Source of the DNA: the human T2T-CHM13v2.0 reference genome, Homo sapiens
DNA length: 64,000 bases
Assembly: GCF_009914755.1 (NCBI RefSeq)
Contig: NC_060933.1
Strand: one strand, 5' to 3'
In this document: positions 25,667-39,890 of the stretch, piece after piece
How positions within the stretch are numbered: position 1 is the first letter of the stretch
How the letters are laid out: every line of letters starts with the position of its first letter
Translations under genes and position numbers: made by a program
The notes under the pieces: generated by a model
The model's database searches: none
What the model was told of the DNA's origin: nothing
The model's input: the letters and a program-made list of their open reading frames with translations, nothing else

Positions 25667-25900
25667 GAAAGATCGTCCTACTTGGAGTACCAAAAAGTAA
25701 TGAGAGAAATAGAACATTTGAGTCGTTTATATATTGCTTATCAGTTTTTGCTGGCTGAAGATACCAAAGTACGCTCAGCTGAGGAATTAAAAGAAATGCA
25801 AGATAAAGTTATAAAGCTTCAGGAAGAATTGTCTGAGAATGATAAAAAAATAAAAGCACTTAATCATGAAATAGAAGAATTGGAAAAAAGAAAAGATAAG
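25667..25900 (+). CDS. SMC2: SMC2 exon 8 (coiled coil)
   Basis: TTTCAG|[14 protein letters not shown]...KRKDK|GTCTGA; 234 nt. Confidence 0.95.
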
Positions 25901-26130
25901 GTCTGAACATATGTATAAGAATCGATAATATACTCTGTGAAAAACGTACTAAATTATATATAGTAACTATTTAGGATTCATTGGGCATTGTCTTCTGTAT
26001 TGATTTGTTAATCTTATAGTAAGATAATGAAATAACTTATAAAAAAGTGTTTGATACAGAACTCATACAATAAAATGACAGCGTGAACAAATTTTACATA
26101 AGTGATTGAATTGACTGCATTTTGTTATAG

Positions 26131-26280
26131 GAAACTGGAGGTATACTTCGATCTTTAGAAGATGCTCTTGCAGAGGCTCAGCGAGTTAATACTAAATCTC
26201 AAAGCGCATTTGATCTCAAGAAGAAAAATCTGGCATGTGAGGAAAGCAAACGCAAAGAGCTGGAAAAAAATATGGTTGAG
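26131..26280 (+). CDS. SMC2: SMC2 exon 9
   Basis: TTATAG|[13 protein letters not shown]...KNMVE|GTAAGT; 150 nt. Confidence 0.95.
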
Positions 26281-26344
26281 GTAAGTGAGCTTAATGTGCC
26301 ACTAGTGCCACTTGTAGACAAGTATATAGTCTCATTAGTGTACA

Positions 26345-27050
26345 TTTATCTATTCCATGAATATTTAGTGAGTGTCTTCTATAAGCTAAGTACAGTTGTT
26401 TGGGCTGTGGTTACAACTGGACCAAATGGTCAAAAATCCTTGCCTTGTGGACCTTCATTCCATTGGGGGAAATGATAATAAAGAAAATAAATAAAACATG
26501 TAACATGTTATAGAGTGATAACTGATGTGGAGAAAAAGCAGGGAAGGGGATTAGGAGTGTAGGGGAAAAAGAGTACAATTTGGGATTTTAAGTTGGATAG
26601 CCACTGAAGTAAGTGGAGAATAGGAAGAACGGGTTTGATAAGCTTAAGAAATACAGTATGAATATAATAGGCTTGAGGAGCCTGTTAGACATCTTGAGTA
26701 GTGATGTTGATTAGGTACTTAACTATATGAATATTGAATCCAGGCAAAAATACAGATTTGGAGGCATCATCAATGTATAGGTGTTATTTAAATCCATGAG
26801 ACTAGATAAAATGATCAAGGCTGTAAGTTCATATAAGAAGGTTGGAGCCCTGGGATACTTTCAGCGTTTGAATGTTAGGATAGTTCAACATTCAAAAGAG
26901 ATTGAGTAGTGTGAGGAAAATTAGGCCAGTAAATTGTCCTGGAGTCCAGGTAAAAAAGATGTTTCAAGGAGAAGTGGCCATGAGTACCTGATTAGATTGT
27001 GTTCATACTCTCACAGAATGAAGGCAGAAAAAAGAAAAGTGAATATAGAT
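26345..27050 (-). mobile_element. L2 fragment, intron 9
   Basis: L2 tail (TTATCTATTCCATGAATATTTAGTGAG) and body motifs (AAATCCATGAGACTAGATAAAATGATCAAGG). Confidence 0.6.
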
Positions 27051-27928
27051 AACTTTTTGAGAAGTTTTCTGAAAGAGGGATAAATAGGGAGGTAACTGGA
27101 GGGTAATACAGAAGAGTTTTTTTGGCTTGATTTGACATGGGATAAATAAATTCTATATTGACAGAAAAGATCCAGTAGAAAAGTCGTCATTTGTGATTCA
27201 GGAGAGAGAGATGGGAGAGTTGTTAAAATAGGGCCCCTTAGTAGCTGCAAGTAGGATAGGAACTAGTGTATAGAGGAGGTCGCCTTCGCGAGAACTAGGA
27301 ATAGGTCATCCATGGTAACAGAAGAGTCAAGTATATAGTCTCACATGTAGGTAGATGAGTAGGTGTGTTTTTGGAGCTTATGGCATTTCTTTTGAGGGTG
27401 ATTCTGTTGTCCCAGTGAAGGTATACATTTGCCTTTTCACTGAAAAAAAATTAACTTTGTGAAAATAATTTCTTTATACTGCCCTGTTAGATATTTTTGC
27501 AGAGAAATACATTGTTGAATTAAGAAACAGTGGAGGAAAATTTAGACAAAATTTTGAAGCGATATGAACGTGTTGTAGCAGTCTGTGTTGTGGCATCCAA
27601 GAACTGAAATCAATTCATCAATTACTTTTTTTTTTTAGGTGAGGTTTGTAAAGCTCTAAACATGTGGACCTGCCTTGTTTTGGGTTCATTTTTCTTTAGT
27701 CTTGTCATGTCCTTAAGCTTCACACACTGATTGCTCCTTTTTCATCCTTCTTTTCTGTATCCCCTTATTCTTCTAGATCTCTTAATGTTAGTATGCCCTA
27801 AGGCTAGCACTCTGATATCTTTTATAAACTCTCACGCCATAGGTGGTCTCATCCAGCTCTGTAACTCTAAATATCATCTATATGTTGATGCCCTCCAAAT
27901 CTATAAGCAGGCTTAACTCCCTAAACTC

Positions 27929-30900
27929 TATGAAGCAGGTTTATTGTGTGCAGATTACCAACTTGTCTGAAGCCAGCAGACATAACACATTCATACACAA
28001 CATTTTATGTGAAATGGATTTATTACTTATTGATAGGCAACAAGGGAAAACAGAAGTCTAGGATTCATTGCAAGCTGATCTCCCAAGGCTCAGAAAAGCT
28101 GCCTAGGGTGGTTTGAATTTTATTTGCATGTGCTCAACTTGCACAGCAGCTGAGGGACCCCAGAAAACAGCCTGCTCTGAGTTTATACCCTAGAGTAACA
28201 TGAGACACTGGGCTGAAGCATTGAGATTATGTTTTAGGGCAGCTGGAGGAGCAGATAGAACAGTCCTGGCTCTTCTAACCATTGCCTCCCTTTCTTGGGA
28301 TATTGCATTATCAGCACATTCTACAGTTATTCTTGAGAACTGTAAGCCAGGGAGGGAAGAACTGGCTTAGTCTAATGCCACCTAAGGAGTTGTCCTGTAG
28401 TTTATCCTCCAATCTAGGTATCCCCTCTAGCAAAACTAGTCCTTTTATTATGCCCACAGACTTCTCTGAAGCTGAAGGAGAAGGAGGTTTGTCTTCTTAG
28501 ATGGATATAACACTCTGACTGACATAATCTCCTTGCAATATTGTTGAGCCATAGCCAGAATACATTTCACTGTGCCCAGGAGGACCACAGGCAGGATGAT
28601 CAGGCCTGCCTGGAGCACTGACTCAGCCCAGGATCCTAGTAATCCAGGTATGAAGTTGTTAAAGAGGTCAAAGAAGGATCCTTCGGACCTGCTTCCAGAT
28701 CTGTATTTGTGTCTCTGCGATACCTGAGGTGTTTATCTAGATACAGCAGGAAGTGTTGGCAATCGCATGTATTCTTCCCACTTGTGCTAACAGGTTTAGA
28801 GCAGTTGTCTAAAACAACTTTCCCAAGGGATATCTGCTGGGCTGCCAAGGCAATGTTATATATGGTACCAAAGATTTTATAAAGCACTTAAACCCAGAGT
28901 CAGTAAAACCTCTTGGTACGTCCTGAGTAAGTCTGGTGTACAGCTTTAGGCTGCTGGCCCTATGGTGCATCTCATTTCTAGGAGTGATATGTAACGGCAT
29001 CCCCCAGCATGCCCAACGTACAGGATCCCACCGTCTGCCCGCTTTCCAGGCCTGACATTGCCCATCTTCTGTTTGGGTCACTCCTACGCTGCCCATGGAA
29101 AATGATGTAGCCCTTGGATGCACATAGCACCCTTTCCCCCATTTTACTATTCAGTGACCCCATTCATGGGTAGGGAGGCATTGGCGTTTGCCAGCTAAAT
29201 CTCGTTAGTGGTATAGTTACATAAGTTCAATTTCTCCCATGCAAAACTGTTCATGAAGCTCCTACACAGAAGGCTTGCAGCAGTTGATTCTCTTTCCTTC
29301 ATCACCAATGGGACCTGCCCACTGAGGTTATGTTAGTTTTCATCATGATGTTTTGCCACAGTTAAGTTAAAATGGCATTTTTAGCACCCTTTTATGTGAC
29401 AGATGCTATGTCCTCTCATGTAAGCCAGGGGTTGGGGTCTGTTGGTGTACACTGTGACATTAGGAATGCTAGGGTAGTTCACTACTAGCAGGACCAGATT
29501 GTCCCTGTGGGCTATGACAGAAATGTCCTGGATGTCATATCTAACATCTTATCATGTTACCCGCCATGGCCACAGCTTGGGAGGTGTTATGCTTCCAGGT
29601 CTTTGCTGCCACATCGTTGTGGAAAAAGTGTATTGACAGGTTAGTGCTCCCACCTAACACACTCCTGGGATCTCAGATGTTCCCAAGCTATCATAGGGAT
29701 TGGGCTATGCATTGCAGTGCTGTGTTTCCTTTGTGCTAAAGTACAGTGTTTAGGTCCATAATGCCCTAGTCGGATGTTGGTACCACCTCACTAATAGGCC
29801 ATCTTGATATCCTTCAGTGACTTTATGAGTAGGCTGTTTCATTGTTCAGTGGCTCCATTGGCCTGTGAGTAACAGGGTGCATGGAAAGTCCACTATATTC
29901 CACAAGAGACTGCCCATTATCATGTTGCTTGGGCAGTGAAGGATGTTCCTTGGGCAGAGTGAAATATGATGAAGTATCAAAAAAAGACATATTTCTTTCA
30001 AGGGTAGCATCAGGGTCCACATGAGTGACATATATTTGTCCCTTTCAGGCAGCAAGTCCTTGTTTCCACATAGGGGATTTTTATTTATTTTATTTTATTT
30101 ATTTATTTTTTTGAGACGGAGTTTCACTCTTGTTGCCCAGGCTGGAGTGCAGTGGCGCAATTTCGGCTCACTACAACTTGCACTCCACCCCCCGGGCTGA
30201 AGCGATTCTCCTGCCTCAGCCTCCCAAGTAGTTGGGATTACAGGCATGTACCACCACGCCTGGCTAATTTTGTATTTTTAGTAGAGATGGGGTTCCTCCA
30301 CGTTTGTCAGTCTGGTCTCGAACTCCCGACCTCAGGTGATCCACCTGCCTTGGCCTCCCAAAGTGTTGGGATTACAGGCATGAACCACCGCGCCTGGTCC
30401 ACATAGGGGATTTTTTTTAGCATTCGAGTCACTAAGTTGCCCTTCTCTTGACCAGATGACTAGGCTGTTGGCAATAGCCTATGAGTTGGTGAAATGTAGC
30501 AAGATATGGTGATGGGGTGGACCAAATGGACATCACCACTGCATGTAGTTTGACCCATTGAGCGTAATGCCCATGTTCAGCCTCAGTCAAAAGATGACCA
30601 CTTACTGGCATGATGGTGGCTACAGTCAAGAGGATCCCTCCTGTTTTGTTTGATGGAACTTTCAGTAAACCCCGCCATACTATTAGTAGGCACATCTCAG
30701 AATCTTAGGACCCGGGGAGCCAGAGGAGAAGCCAAAGCATCCCCTGTGGTTTGTTTGGACCCTTCTAATAAGCTAGCCATTTTTTTCATGAAGCCTGCTG
30801 GTCCCTTGGGGTTCCAACTGGGCTTGATTTCAAATGTACCATTTCTGTTTGATAATCAAGCTCTTTTGAGCCTGCCCCAATTCATTGATAGGGTTTGTAA

Positions 30901-32808
30901 GCACCCAAGTAAGAGTGGGCAGTTTAAGTCACAGCGTCGCATGTAGTGCTCTGGCCTTAAGACACACGGTCTCTACCAGTGCACAATAGCAAGCAAGAAG
31001 TTACATTCCAAGAGTTATATCAGGTGGCTGCCTCAAGCAACTTAAAGTTCAACTTAGAAGAGGCTAGGTCTCCCCAGTGACAAGTTTCTGTTGCCATAGA
31101 CTGCAGTCAGCATGCATGGAGGTTGTGGACACCTGTCATTGCATCAGGCTAACAGACTGTAAATGTTTTAAAAGCAGCACCAAGGCCACTACTTTAAATT
31201 GTTTTCTAAGGCCTGCTACTGCAAAGTCCGCTGTTCAAAGTTGGCAGCTTTGTTGGTCACCTGGATTAAAGGGGGCCAAAAAAAGACCCACATGGGTTAT
31301 ATGCTGTGTTTAGTACCCAAGAGACCTACCAGCTGTGGGGCTTCTTTTTCATTAGTAAGTGCCACCAGCACCAACAATTTTTGTTTGACTATATCTGGGA
31401 TACTTCCTTGGCTTTCTGTCCAAGTGACCTTGACATTCAGCCTGTGACTATCCATTAGTCTTCATGCCCCAAAGGCCTTTCTGACTAGCCAGACTAGGCG
31501 AGTGCATTGTGACATTTTTATCTGTAGTGGGTTTTGAATTAAGAAAGTAGCGTCTTATTCTCCACTTGGTATGCAGTACTGCTTTCGCTGAGTAACTTAA
31601 GAGGTTTTGGGTCAGTCTTGAGTAACTTATGAGGTCTTAGGTGGCAGGCCGGGTTGGATATGCACCACTGGTATAGCTCAAATTCTTAGCTACGAGGGGC
31701 ATACCTCCTCAGGTGGTGGTGATGTTCTGCACCACAAGCAACCAAACTATCAATATCCGTACTCAGTGGTGGGAACTGTGGTCACCAGCACCCAAAGTGA
31801 CACAAAGTATCCTACTCACAGCAGATAAGCAATAAGCATAGTGAGTCATTACATTCACCTGAAACCCTCCCATGGTCATCAGTTTAACTTTTCCCTAGGA
31901 AAACTGGAAATATGTCCTGTGGGCTCCAGTATCCAAGAACTCCAGAAAAGCCTAATTTCATTTCTTTTTCTCATCTTGACAGGAGTATAGGGCCATCTCT
32001 GGTGGGGACCTGGAGACCTCGGTCCCACTCTAAACTATGCCATTTAGCCATTTGGATCCACAGTGTCCCTTTATCAAACAAACACTTCAGCCAGGCTGCA
32101 TAAGCCTTTCCTGGACTTTCCATATACTCGTCCTCTAGATAGTGAGCCTCCTTTTCTATGAAGGTCTGCATTGTATGTGTTGGTTCTTTCAGATGCCTCA
32201 GGCACTGTCTGAGAACCTCTTTCCTGTTCCCTCTCGGGATCCATCTGACTACCCACTTCCCGAGCTCTCTGGCGCTGGGAATGAGCAATTACATGTGTCC
32301 AACAACCAGGAGATCATGATTCTGTCAGAGCAGACCCTACTAACTGCACTGATGGTGTGAAGCAAGTTCAGTATGCACTAGTTACCAACCTGTCAGTGTT
32401 AATAGAACTCACCCATACAGCACAAGTTATATGAAGCAAATTTATTTCCTACAGATAGGTAGTAATAGACAGTAAAATGGTGGGCCATTCCCACAAGTGT
32501 TGGATGGAGTTTCATGTGTATGTTCCCCATACAGTTGAGGGACCCCAGAAAGCAGCTTGCCCTGGGTTTATACCCCAGAAATAGAGAAATGGGGGTGGTC
32601 AGCACATGATCCCCTGGTTTACGTGAGTTGCTGAGCTAAAGCATGAAAGGACATGCATATTTCTAGGAGGGAACTGAAATAGAGTATGGATTATTCAGGC
32701 CATTCCCTCTATCAGAATGTTGCATTTTCTAGCACATTCTACAGCTATTCTTCAACTGAGAAAGGGAGAACAAGGTTAGTCTAAGGACACCCAGATGACT
32801 GTCCAACA
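27929..32808 (-). mobile_element. Decayed ERVL-class provirus with two LTRs (MER54/MER74/MER76/LTR53-like family)
   Basis: Diverged direct repeats at 27929-28399 and 32356-32808; perfect 5-bp TSD AACTC (27924-27928, 32809-32813); stop-disrupted integrase and RNase H remnants on - strand. Confidence 0.8.
30078..30399 (-). mobile_element. AluS inserted in the ERVL pol remnant
   Basis: Full antisense Alu; TSD CACATAGGGGATTTTT on both sides. Confidence 0.96.
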
Positions 32809-33295
32809 AACTCTAGATTTCTTTGTCCAGCTACTTAATTAACATTTTTATCTGGATGAGTTTTAAAAAGTGTAAAACTTAACATATCCGGAATAGAATT
32901 TAGCAATTTCCCTCAACTACCCAAACCCACCTGAGTTACTGAATTTTCCTCATGTCAGTGAATGGTACCACTATTTACCTAATTGTTGAGGCCAGAAATC
33001 TTAGAGTCCTCTGGATTCTCACCATTCTTTAAATATCTAGATCCAGTCTATCAACAAATTCTGTTAACTTTAAAAGCGTATTCAGAATACAGCCACTTTT
33101 TGTTACCTCCATTACTGCCAACCTCGTTCAAGCCATCACCTCTCATGAGGGCTACTGCGATAATGTTCTTATTAGTTGCGCTACTTTTTTCCTGTTGCCA
33201 CCCTATAGTCTGTTCTTTACAGAAGCTAAAATATAAATTGAATCACATCACTTCTGTGCTTAAAATCCTTCAGTGGTTTCCGAATTACGCGTATG

Positions 33296-34298
33296 CTGTA
33301 TGACGCTGAAACAACATGGTTTTGAACTGCATGGATTGACTTATTAGCAGATTTTTCTCAATAAATATATTGGAAAATTATTTGGAGGTTTGCAACAATT
33401 TGAAAAAATTTGCAGACAAATACCATATTGCCTAGAAATATCAAAAAAATTAAGAAGAAGTTAAGTTGTCATAAATGCACAAAATATATTTAGGTACTAG
33501 TCTATTTTATCATTTACTACCATAAAATATACAAAAATCTATTATAAAAAGTTAAAATTTATCAAAACATAAACACCATACTTGGCATTATTCATAGTTG
33601 AGAGAAATGTAAACAAATGTAAAGATGCAATATTAAATGATAACTGCATAAAACTATAGAACATACTACACTATTATAATAATTTTGTAGCCACCTCCTG
33701 TTGCTATTGTGGTGAGCTCAAGTAAACTCAGTGTGACATTAATCATTTACTTCTTAGTAGTTCACGTTTCCAGTAAGTTGCAGAGCTCAGTAGAAAGTGA
33801 TCTCTTGTGGTTCTCGTGTATTTTTCATCACGTTTAATGCAGTACCATAAACCCGAATAACATGGGATCCATATGAAGTGCCACTAGTGATACTGAAAAT
33901 GCTCCCAAAAAGCAGAGAAGTCAGGATGCTACAAAAAATAGTTGAGTGCTTGATAATGTACCATAGATTGAGGTCTGCAGCTGTGGTTGCCTGCCTTTCC
34001 AGACAGATGATTTATCTTGTAAACAGATAATATAAACTTATCGCATCAATAAATACACTACAGTACTGTAAATGTATTTTCTCTTATGCTTTTAAAATCT
34101 TTTTTCTAGCTTTATTGCAAGAATACAGTATATAATGTAGCATACAAAATATGAGTTAATTGTGTTATGTTATTGGTAAGGCTTTGGTTAACAGTAGGCT
34201 ATTAATAGTTAAGTTTTTGGGGGAATCAAAAGTATATGTGATTTTTGACTGTAGGGTGGGTCTGTACTCCAACTCCCATGTTGTTTAAGGATCAACTA
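33296..34298 (+). mobile_element. Tigger2-type DNA transposon (internally deleted)
   Basis: ..GAAACAACATGGTTTTGAACTGC start and ..CCATGTTGTTTAAGGATCAACT inverted end. Confidence 0.8.
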
Positions 34299-35274
34299 AA
34301 TAATTGAATCTAAGTCTTTACCATGGCCTGCAAGGTGCTTCATGATGTGACTCTTGGCTCCTTAGCCATTTACTCACTGTGCTCCTAGTCCGGTTCCTCA
34401 AACATTCAAACATGTTCCTCAGGGCTTTCAAGTATACTGCCCCACAAGTATTTGCGCAGTCACTCCTCTCACTTCATCCAGTCTTCTGTTCAAATGGCAT
34501 TTCAAAGGCCTTCTGTTATTCTTCTTGAAGTAATTGTTCCTATCACTCTATTCCCCAACCTTGTTTTGTTTGATTACTATGTCTTCTAACCTTGAATATA
34601 GGCTCCCTTAGAACAGCGACTTAGTCTGTGTCTTTAATGTCTTAGAATAGGGCCTACTATATAGTAAGCACTTAATAAATATTTGATGAATCATGAACTA
34701 ATCAAGTGGGCCAAAATTTGTTGTCACTTTAATTGTAAGTAAGATTGCTAGATTTTCTTTTTTCAGGTCTGGTATCTTGCATAGTGTCAGCTATCTGGTA
34801 GTATTACTTAAAAGGTGTTACATAATAGTAATACTTTTTCTGAAACTATTTAATGCTCAAATTTTATGGCTCTTGACAGTTTATAAAATATTTTCATATA
34901 CATGCTCTTAATTCTAAAATCTCTACTTTTAAGCTAGTGTAGGATGTCTGTTATTTCAGTTTTACAGCTTTAGAAATTCATTTTTAGTCCCTTCAAGTGA
35001 TTTGTTTAAATCTGCAATTATTATTTAGCCCAATGTCTCATGGATTTAATTTATAACATGGAATGAACCAGTAGTATAAGAGTTATATTTATTCTAAAAA
35101 CTGAGAGTGAATTTCAAAATGATAATTCAGTATTTATAAAGTTATGATGGTTAAATTATTTTATTATGCTCACTCCAAATTGCTATGGAATTTTATTACA
35201 TAAGGGTATGCGTATAAGAAAGTGGGTGTTTTTCCTGAAATATAATATTTTTCCATTTGAAACTCTTCCTAAAG

Positions 35275-35508
35275 GACTCAAAAACTTTAGCAGCAAAGGA
35301 AAAAGAGGTTAAAAAGATAACAGATGGACTGCATGCCCTTCAAGAAGCAAGTAATAAAGATGCTGAAGCTCTGGCAGCTGCACAGCAGCACTTCAATGCT
35401 GTTTCCGCTGGCCTGTCCAGTAATGAAGATGGAGCAGAAGCAACTCTTGCTGGTCAAATGATGGCCTGTAAAAATGATATAAGTAAAGCTCAGACAGAAG
35501 CCAAACAG
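35275..35508 (+). CDS. SMC2: SMC2 exon 10
   Basis: CTAAAG|[12 protein letters not shown]...TEAKQ|GTAAAT; 234 nt. Confidence 0.94.
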
Positions 35509-37009
35509 GTAAATAGAGACATTAGCACTATGTGATTGCTTTTTTTTCCAAGAAGTTTCTTTTCATGTTATGCTTTGGCAATTGTTACATAATGTTGAAA
35601 ATAATCAGTCTCAAGGAACTTGTTTGTTTACTTTATTCTGCAACTCTAATGCCTAATGCAGCGAAATTCAAATATGTTGATTGCTAAATATTGGTGATGT
35701 TAATTTGTGAAGATGCTGTACTACATAAATTATCTTAATTCGGTATGTAAGTGCAATAAATGCTTTGTTCTGTTTGCAGCATTGTGTGGAATTTTCGAGA
35801 TTAATGCATTTATTCTTGTCTCTTTTTGGCTATTTTTATTTTTTATTGATAACATAATGTTGAAGTCTTAAGCTTTAACAGGAAAACAGGATTGTCCTCC
35901 CCATTGCTTTGCCTGCCATACCTAGTTCTTAAAACCTTGTTTCTCAAACTTTACATTTTTTTAGGAAGTATCTCTACCTCACATGTAGCCACATTCTAGT
36001 CTGCTCTCCCTACTCTGATTTCATAATCTTAAAAGTCTTGTCAGTCTATTATAATGTTTCTCAGATTTTACATAGTAGTGCAACTTACAGTCCTATGAAC
36101 ATAAGAATTTTGCTAGCAGAAAAAATACATGTACACAGGCACATCATTGTTTTGTTTTTAATGGAAGACACAGATTTTAAAACATGTACACAAATGTGTG
36201 TGATTATGCGTTAATCCTCAGGTTTTTCTCTTTATATATTTGCAACTTTTTCATTCAGGCATGACAGATGATAGTCACAAATTTATAAGAACTCTCAATA
36301 GTAGAAAAGCTTTAAAGTACTCTACTCTCAGTTTGTCTATTATTTTATAAGGGAACTGGGAAAAATACATCATTATACAGTTTTGGAGGATACCCCCATC
36401 TAAAACCCCATCTAGGTTTTAGAATACTAGTTCATAGTTTTAAGAAGCAGTGTTCAAGTGTATAAATTCTTGAAGGCCTGACACATGTAATTTAAATAGT
36501 TCTAGCATTTAATTATCAGACTCAGCATTTAAGTTTCTCTGTCAGTTTAGCTTCTTTTCCTGTATAATCTTACGTCTTATTGCTCAATTCAGTTTCTTTA
36601 CTGTTATTAGATAGCACTCACAAATATATACACATACAAATATGAACAACTAAGCGGAAAGGAAAAGAACGAGAGTTGTGATTTCTAGCTTTCTTTTTTT
36701 AATTACCAGCTACTGACAGTTATTCGATATAATCCTTCAATTTGAATATGTCATATTTTATTAAAAATACGGACTTAAATTTCAAATTCTTTTACATATT
36801 AATCATATATTAGTTTATACTTTGAGTAGTTTTTTGAGGAGAAAATACTGGGAAATGACTAATTTGTTGAAATACTAATCCAAGAGACCAAACAATTAAA
36901 CTTTGAAGGTTAAGGTCTCTTAGTAAAACCAATCTGAATCTTCGGCCATTTAATTACTAGCACTGTCTGCCTCATACATCCTATGGTCTGTTGCATTTTT
37001 CTGCCACAG

Positions 37010-37169
37010 GCTCAGATGAAGTTGAAGCATGCTCAACAGGAATTAAAGAATAAACAAGCTGAAGTTAAGAAGATGGATAGTGGCTACAGGAAGGATCAAG
37101 AAGCTCTAGAAGCTGTAAAAAGACTTAAAGAAAAACTTGAAGCTGAAATGAAAAAGCTAAATTATGAAG
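37010..37169 (+). CDS. SMC2: SMC2 exon 11
   Basis: CCACAG|[12 protein letters not shown]...KLNYE-G|GTTTGC; 160 nt. Confidence 0.94.
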
Positions 37170-37657
37170 GTTTGCCTTTAAAAACATGATAATCAGATCA
37201 TGAGGAGGTAGTGATTTTTGATAAAAAGCTAATTTAAATAAAGAACGCAAGCAAGTAGGAAACATTTCTTAGCCTATTAACAAGCATTAGTATAAGAAGT
37301 GTTGTAAATATCGTCAAAAAATACCTAATTATAAAACAACTCTTGAATTTTTGAGAACTCAGTATTGAGAATTTCCTGCTTCAATCATTTGAAAGCTCAA
37401 AAATGTCATTTGTGTATTTCTACATTAGGCATTCAGTTTGTATGTTATTTTTTGGAATGAAAATTGTGTTATTTGCCGTTGGAAATAATGTCTGTTTGAC
37501 AGTGGATAGAAATAGGAAGGTTCAGCATGCTTTTTTAATACTTACAGAAATTTGTATTTTTTGCATGCTTTGGAAATAGTGGTTGCTAATATTTTCCTTA
37601 AAACAGTAGAGTGAGCTTTTAAAACTTGGTTTTAATTTATTATGATTTATCCTTCAG

Positions 37658-37775
37658 AAAATAAAGAGGAAAGCCTTTTGGAAAAGCGCAGGCAGCTGTC
37701 TCGTGATATTGGTAGATTGAAAGAAACATATGAAGCTCTATTAGCCAGATTTCCCAATCTTCGATTTGCATACAA
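37658..37775 (+). CDS. SMC2: SMC2 exon 12
   Basis: CTTCAG|..[13 protein letters not shown]...LRFAY-AA|GTAAGA; 118 nt. Confidence 0.94.
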
Positions 37776-38384
37776 GTAAGAGACTTAAGCCTTGAATTTT
37801 AACATAGTAATAATCAAGACATTTTTATTTAAGCTGGAAGCAGTGTGAAAATTTTGTCGAAACCAAGATTTTTGTATGAAACTTGTTGTAAGCTGCTTTT
37901 CTTTCATTGGTATTTTTCCTTTAAACATTTGTTGAAATGTTTTAAATGTTGGCAGGGAAATTCTTGTGAAATTTAATGGCTAATGATGCCACTAATCTTA
38001 AAATGAGGGAAATTTAATCTCAGTTCAAAATGTCTTCAGAGTTACTGTATCATTAATGTTAAATATCCACATTTACATCTTATAATTTGTTTTGCTATGT
38101 GGGTTTTTTATGGAATATTTACAGTAATCATATGTATTATAGGGATTAGAACATCAGAGTTGTTCTTACTACATTGAAACATACTGAAAGATCTATTGTG
38201 ATTTAAAAACAACAGCTGGCTAGTCATTTGGGACATTTTAAAATTTTTGGTTTGTTAAAACCATTTTGCTGATTCTACTTTCATTTCACTTTAATGTGTT
38301 GTCCAAAAGAGCTCCTGATGAGTAAAGTATAACTTTTTCTACTTTATTATCTAAGATTAATTTTTGTCAACTTTTGTATTTCAG

Positions 38385-38523
38385 GGATCCAGAGAAGAAC
38401 TGGAATAGAAATTGTGTGAAAGGACTTGTGGCTTCTCTGATTAGTGTGAAAGACACTTCTGCAACCACAGCTTTAGAATTAGTGGCTGGAGAACGACTCT
38501 ACAATGTTGTAGTAGACACAGAA
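38385..38523 (+). CDS. SMC2: SMC2 exon 13 (hinge start)
   Basis: TTTCAG|.[18 protein letters not shown]...VVVDTE|GTAAGT; 139 nt. Confidence 0.95.
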
Positions 38524-38985
38524 GTAAGTTGATTTTAATTTTAAAAAATTTAAAATTTGGTTAGCTTGAAAAGTCATGTGCTGCTAAAAGAATTAAATAC
38601 TTTGATGTTTTAAGGCTCTCCCCTAAGGTGACTTATTTATAGGGTAAAACTATTTGGTTCATAACTTTTTGATAACTATTCCAAAGGAGGTCTCATGCTT
38701 ACTCAGAAACTCAGAATGCATATTACCAATCTTAAACTTTTGGGATCTCTTTGCTGTATAAGTTGAATTTAATTTGTAAAATAATCTGGGAATAAATGAC
38801 CTGTTTTTGATGTCAGTCTTCCCATCAAGGTAACATTGAATTTATTTACATTTCTTCAGTTCTCACTTATTATCCTTCTGTAGAATGCTCATATTCTTTC
38901 CTGTAAATGCTATGTAGTCATTGTCAAATTTACTTCCTTGTTTTTTTTTTAATTTATTTTATATATATATTTAAAATGTACAAGA

Positions 38986-39300
38986 AGCCTGGGTATGGTG
39001 GCTCACACCTGTAATCCCAGCACTTTGGGAGGCTGAGGTGGGCAGATCATTTGAGCCCAGGAGCTCGAGACCAGCCTCAGCAACGTGGCAAAACCCCATC
39101 TCTACTGAAAATACAAAAGTTACCCAGGCGTAGTGGCGTGCGCCTGGAGTCCTAGCGACTCTGGAGGCTGAGGCACAAGAATTGCTTGAACTTGGGAAGT
39201 GGAGGTTGCGGTAAGCTGCGGTAAGCTGAGATTGCACCACTGCGCTCCTGCCTGGGCAACAGAGGAAGACTGTATCTCAAAAAAAAAAAGAAAAAAACAA
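38986..39300 (+). mobile_element. Alu (J/S-like), intron 13
   Basis: Sense Alu dimer with A-tail; TSD AAAA(T/C)GTACAAGA; internal GCGGTAAGCT duplication. Confidence 0.95.
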
Positions 39301-39310
39301 ACGTACAAGA

Positions 39311-39770
39311 TGTTTTGATACATATACATAGTGAAATGATTATTGTAGTCAAACATATTAACATAGCCATTCACCTTCCATAGTTACCTTTTTTGTGTGT
39401 GACAGCACCTAAAATTTACTCTTAGCAAATTTTCAGTATATAGTATTAATTATAGTCCTCATGCTATACATTACATCTCTGAATAGGTAGATTTATTTAT
39501 CCTACCCAACTGCAAATATGTACCCTTTGACCTATGACCTACTTCTACCCATTTTCTTTCACTCCTCATCCCTGATAACCACTATCCTACTCTTTTTATT
39601 TGTTCAGCTTTTTTTTTTAAAAGATTCCATGTACAAGTGAGGTCATACAGTTTTTTATTTTTTCTTCGTCTGATTATGTCACTTAGCATCATGTCCTCTG
39701 GGTTTATTCATGTTGTCCCAAATGGCAGCATCTTTTTCAAGTTCAAATGATGTTCCATTGCATATGTAAT
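39311..39770 (-). mobile_element. L1MA-type 3' end (interrupted by the Alu)
   Basis: Antisense L1M 3' UTR motifs: AGATTCCATGTACAAGTGAGGTCATACAG, CACTTAGCATCATGTCCTC. Confidence 0.75.
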
Positions 39771-39890
39771 TATAACTTGATTGGGATAAATGGCACTAAA
39801 CATTCATTTATTATAGACTACTAAACTTGCATTCTCTCAATTTTCTGTCATTTTTAACATGCGTTTTTTAAATTCAAATGTGTGTTGTAG

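Larger units (their letters stand above)
27720..34700 (+). mobile_element. L2 element split by an ERVL provirus and a Tigger2
   Basis: L2-like sequence at 27720-27928 resumes at 32814-33290 and 34300-34700, ending GTAAGCACTTAATAAATATTTGATGAA. Confidence 0.65.
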
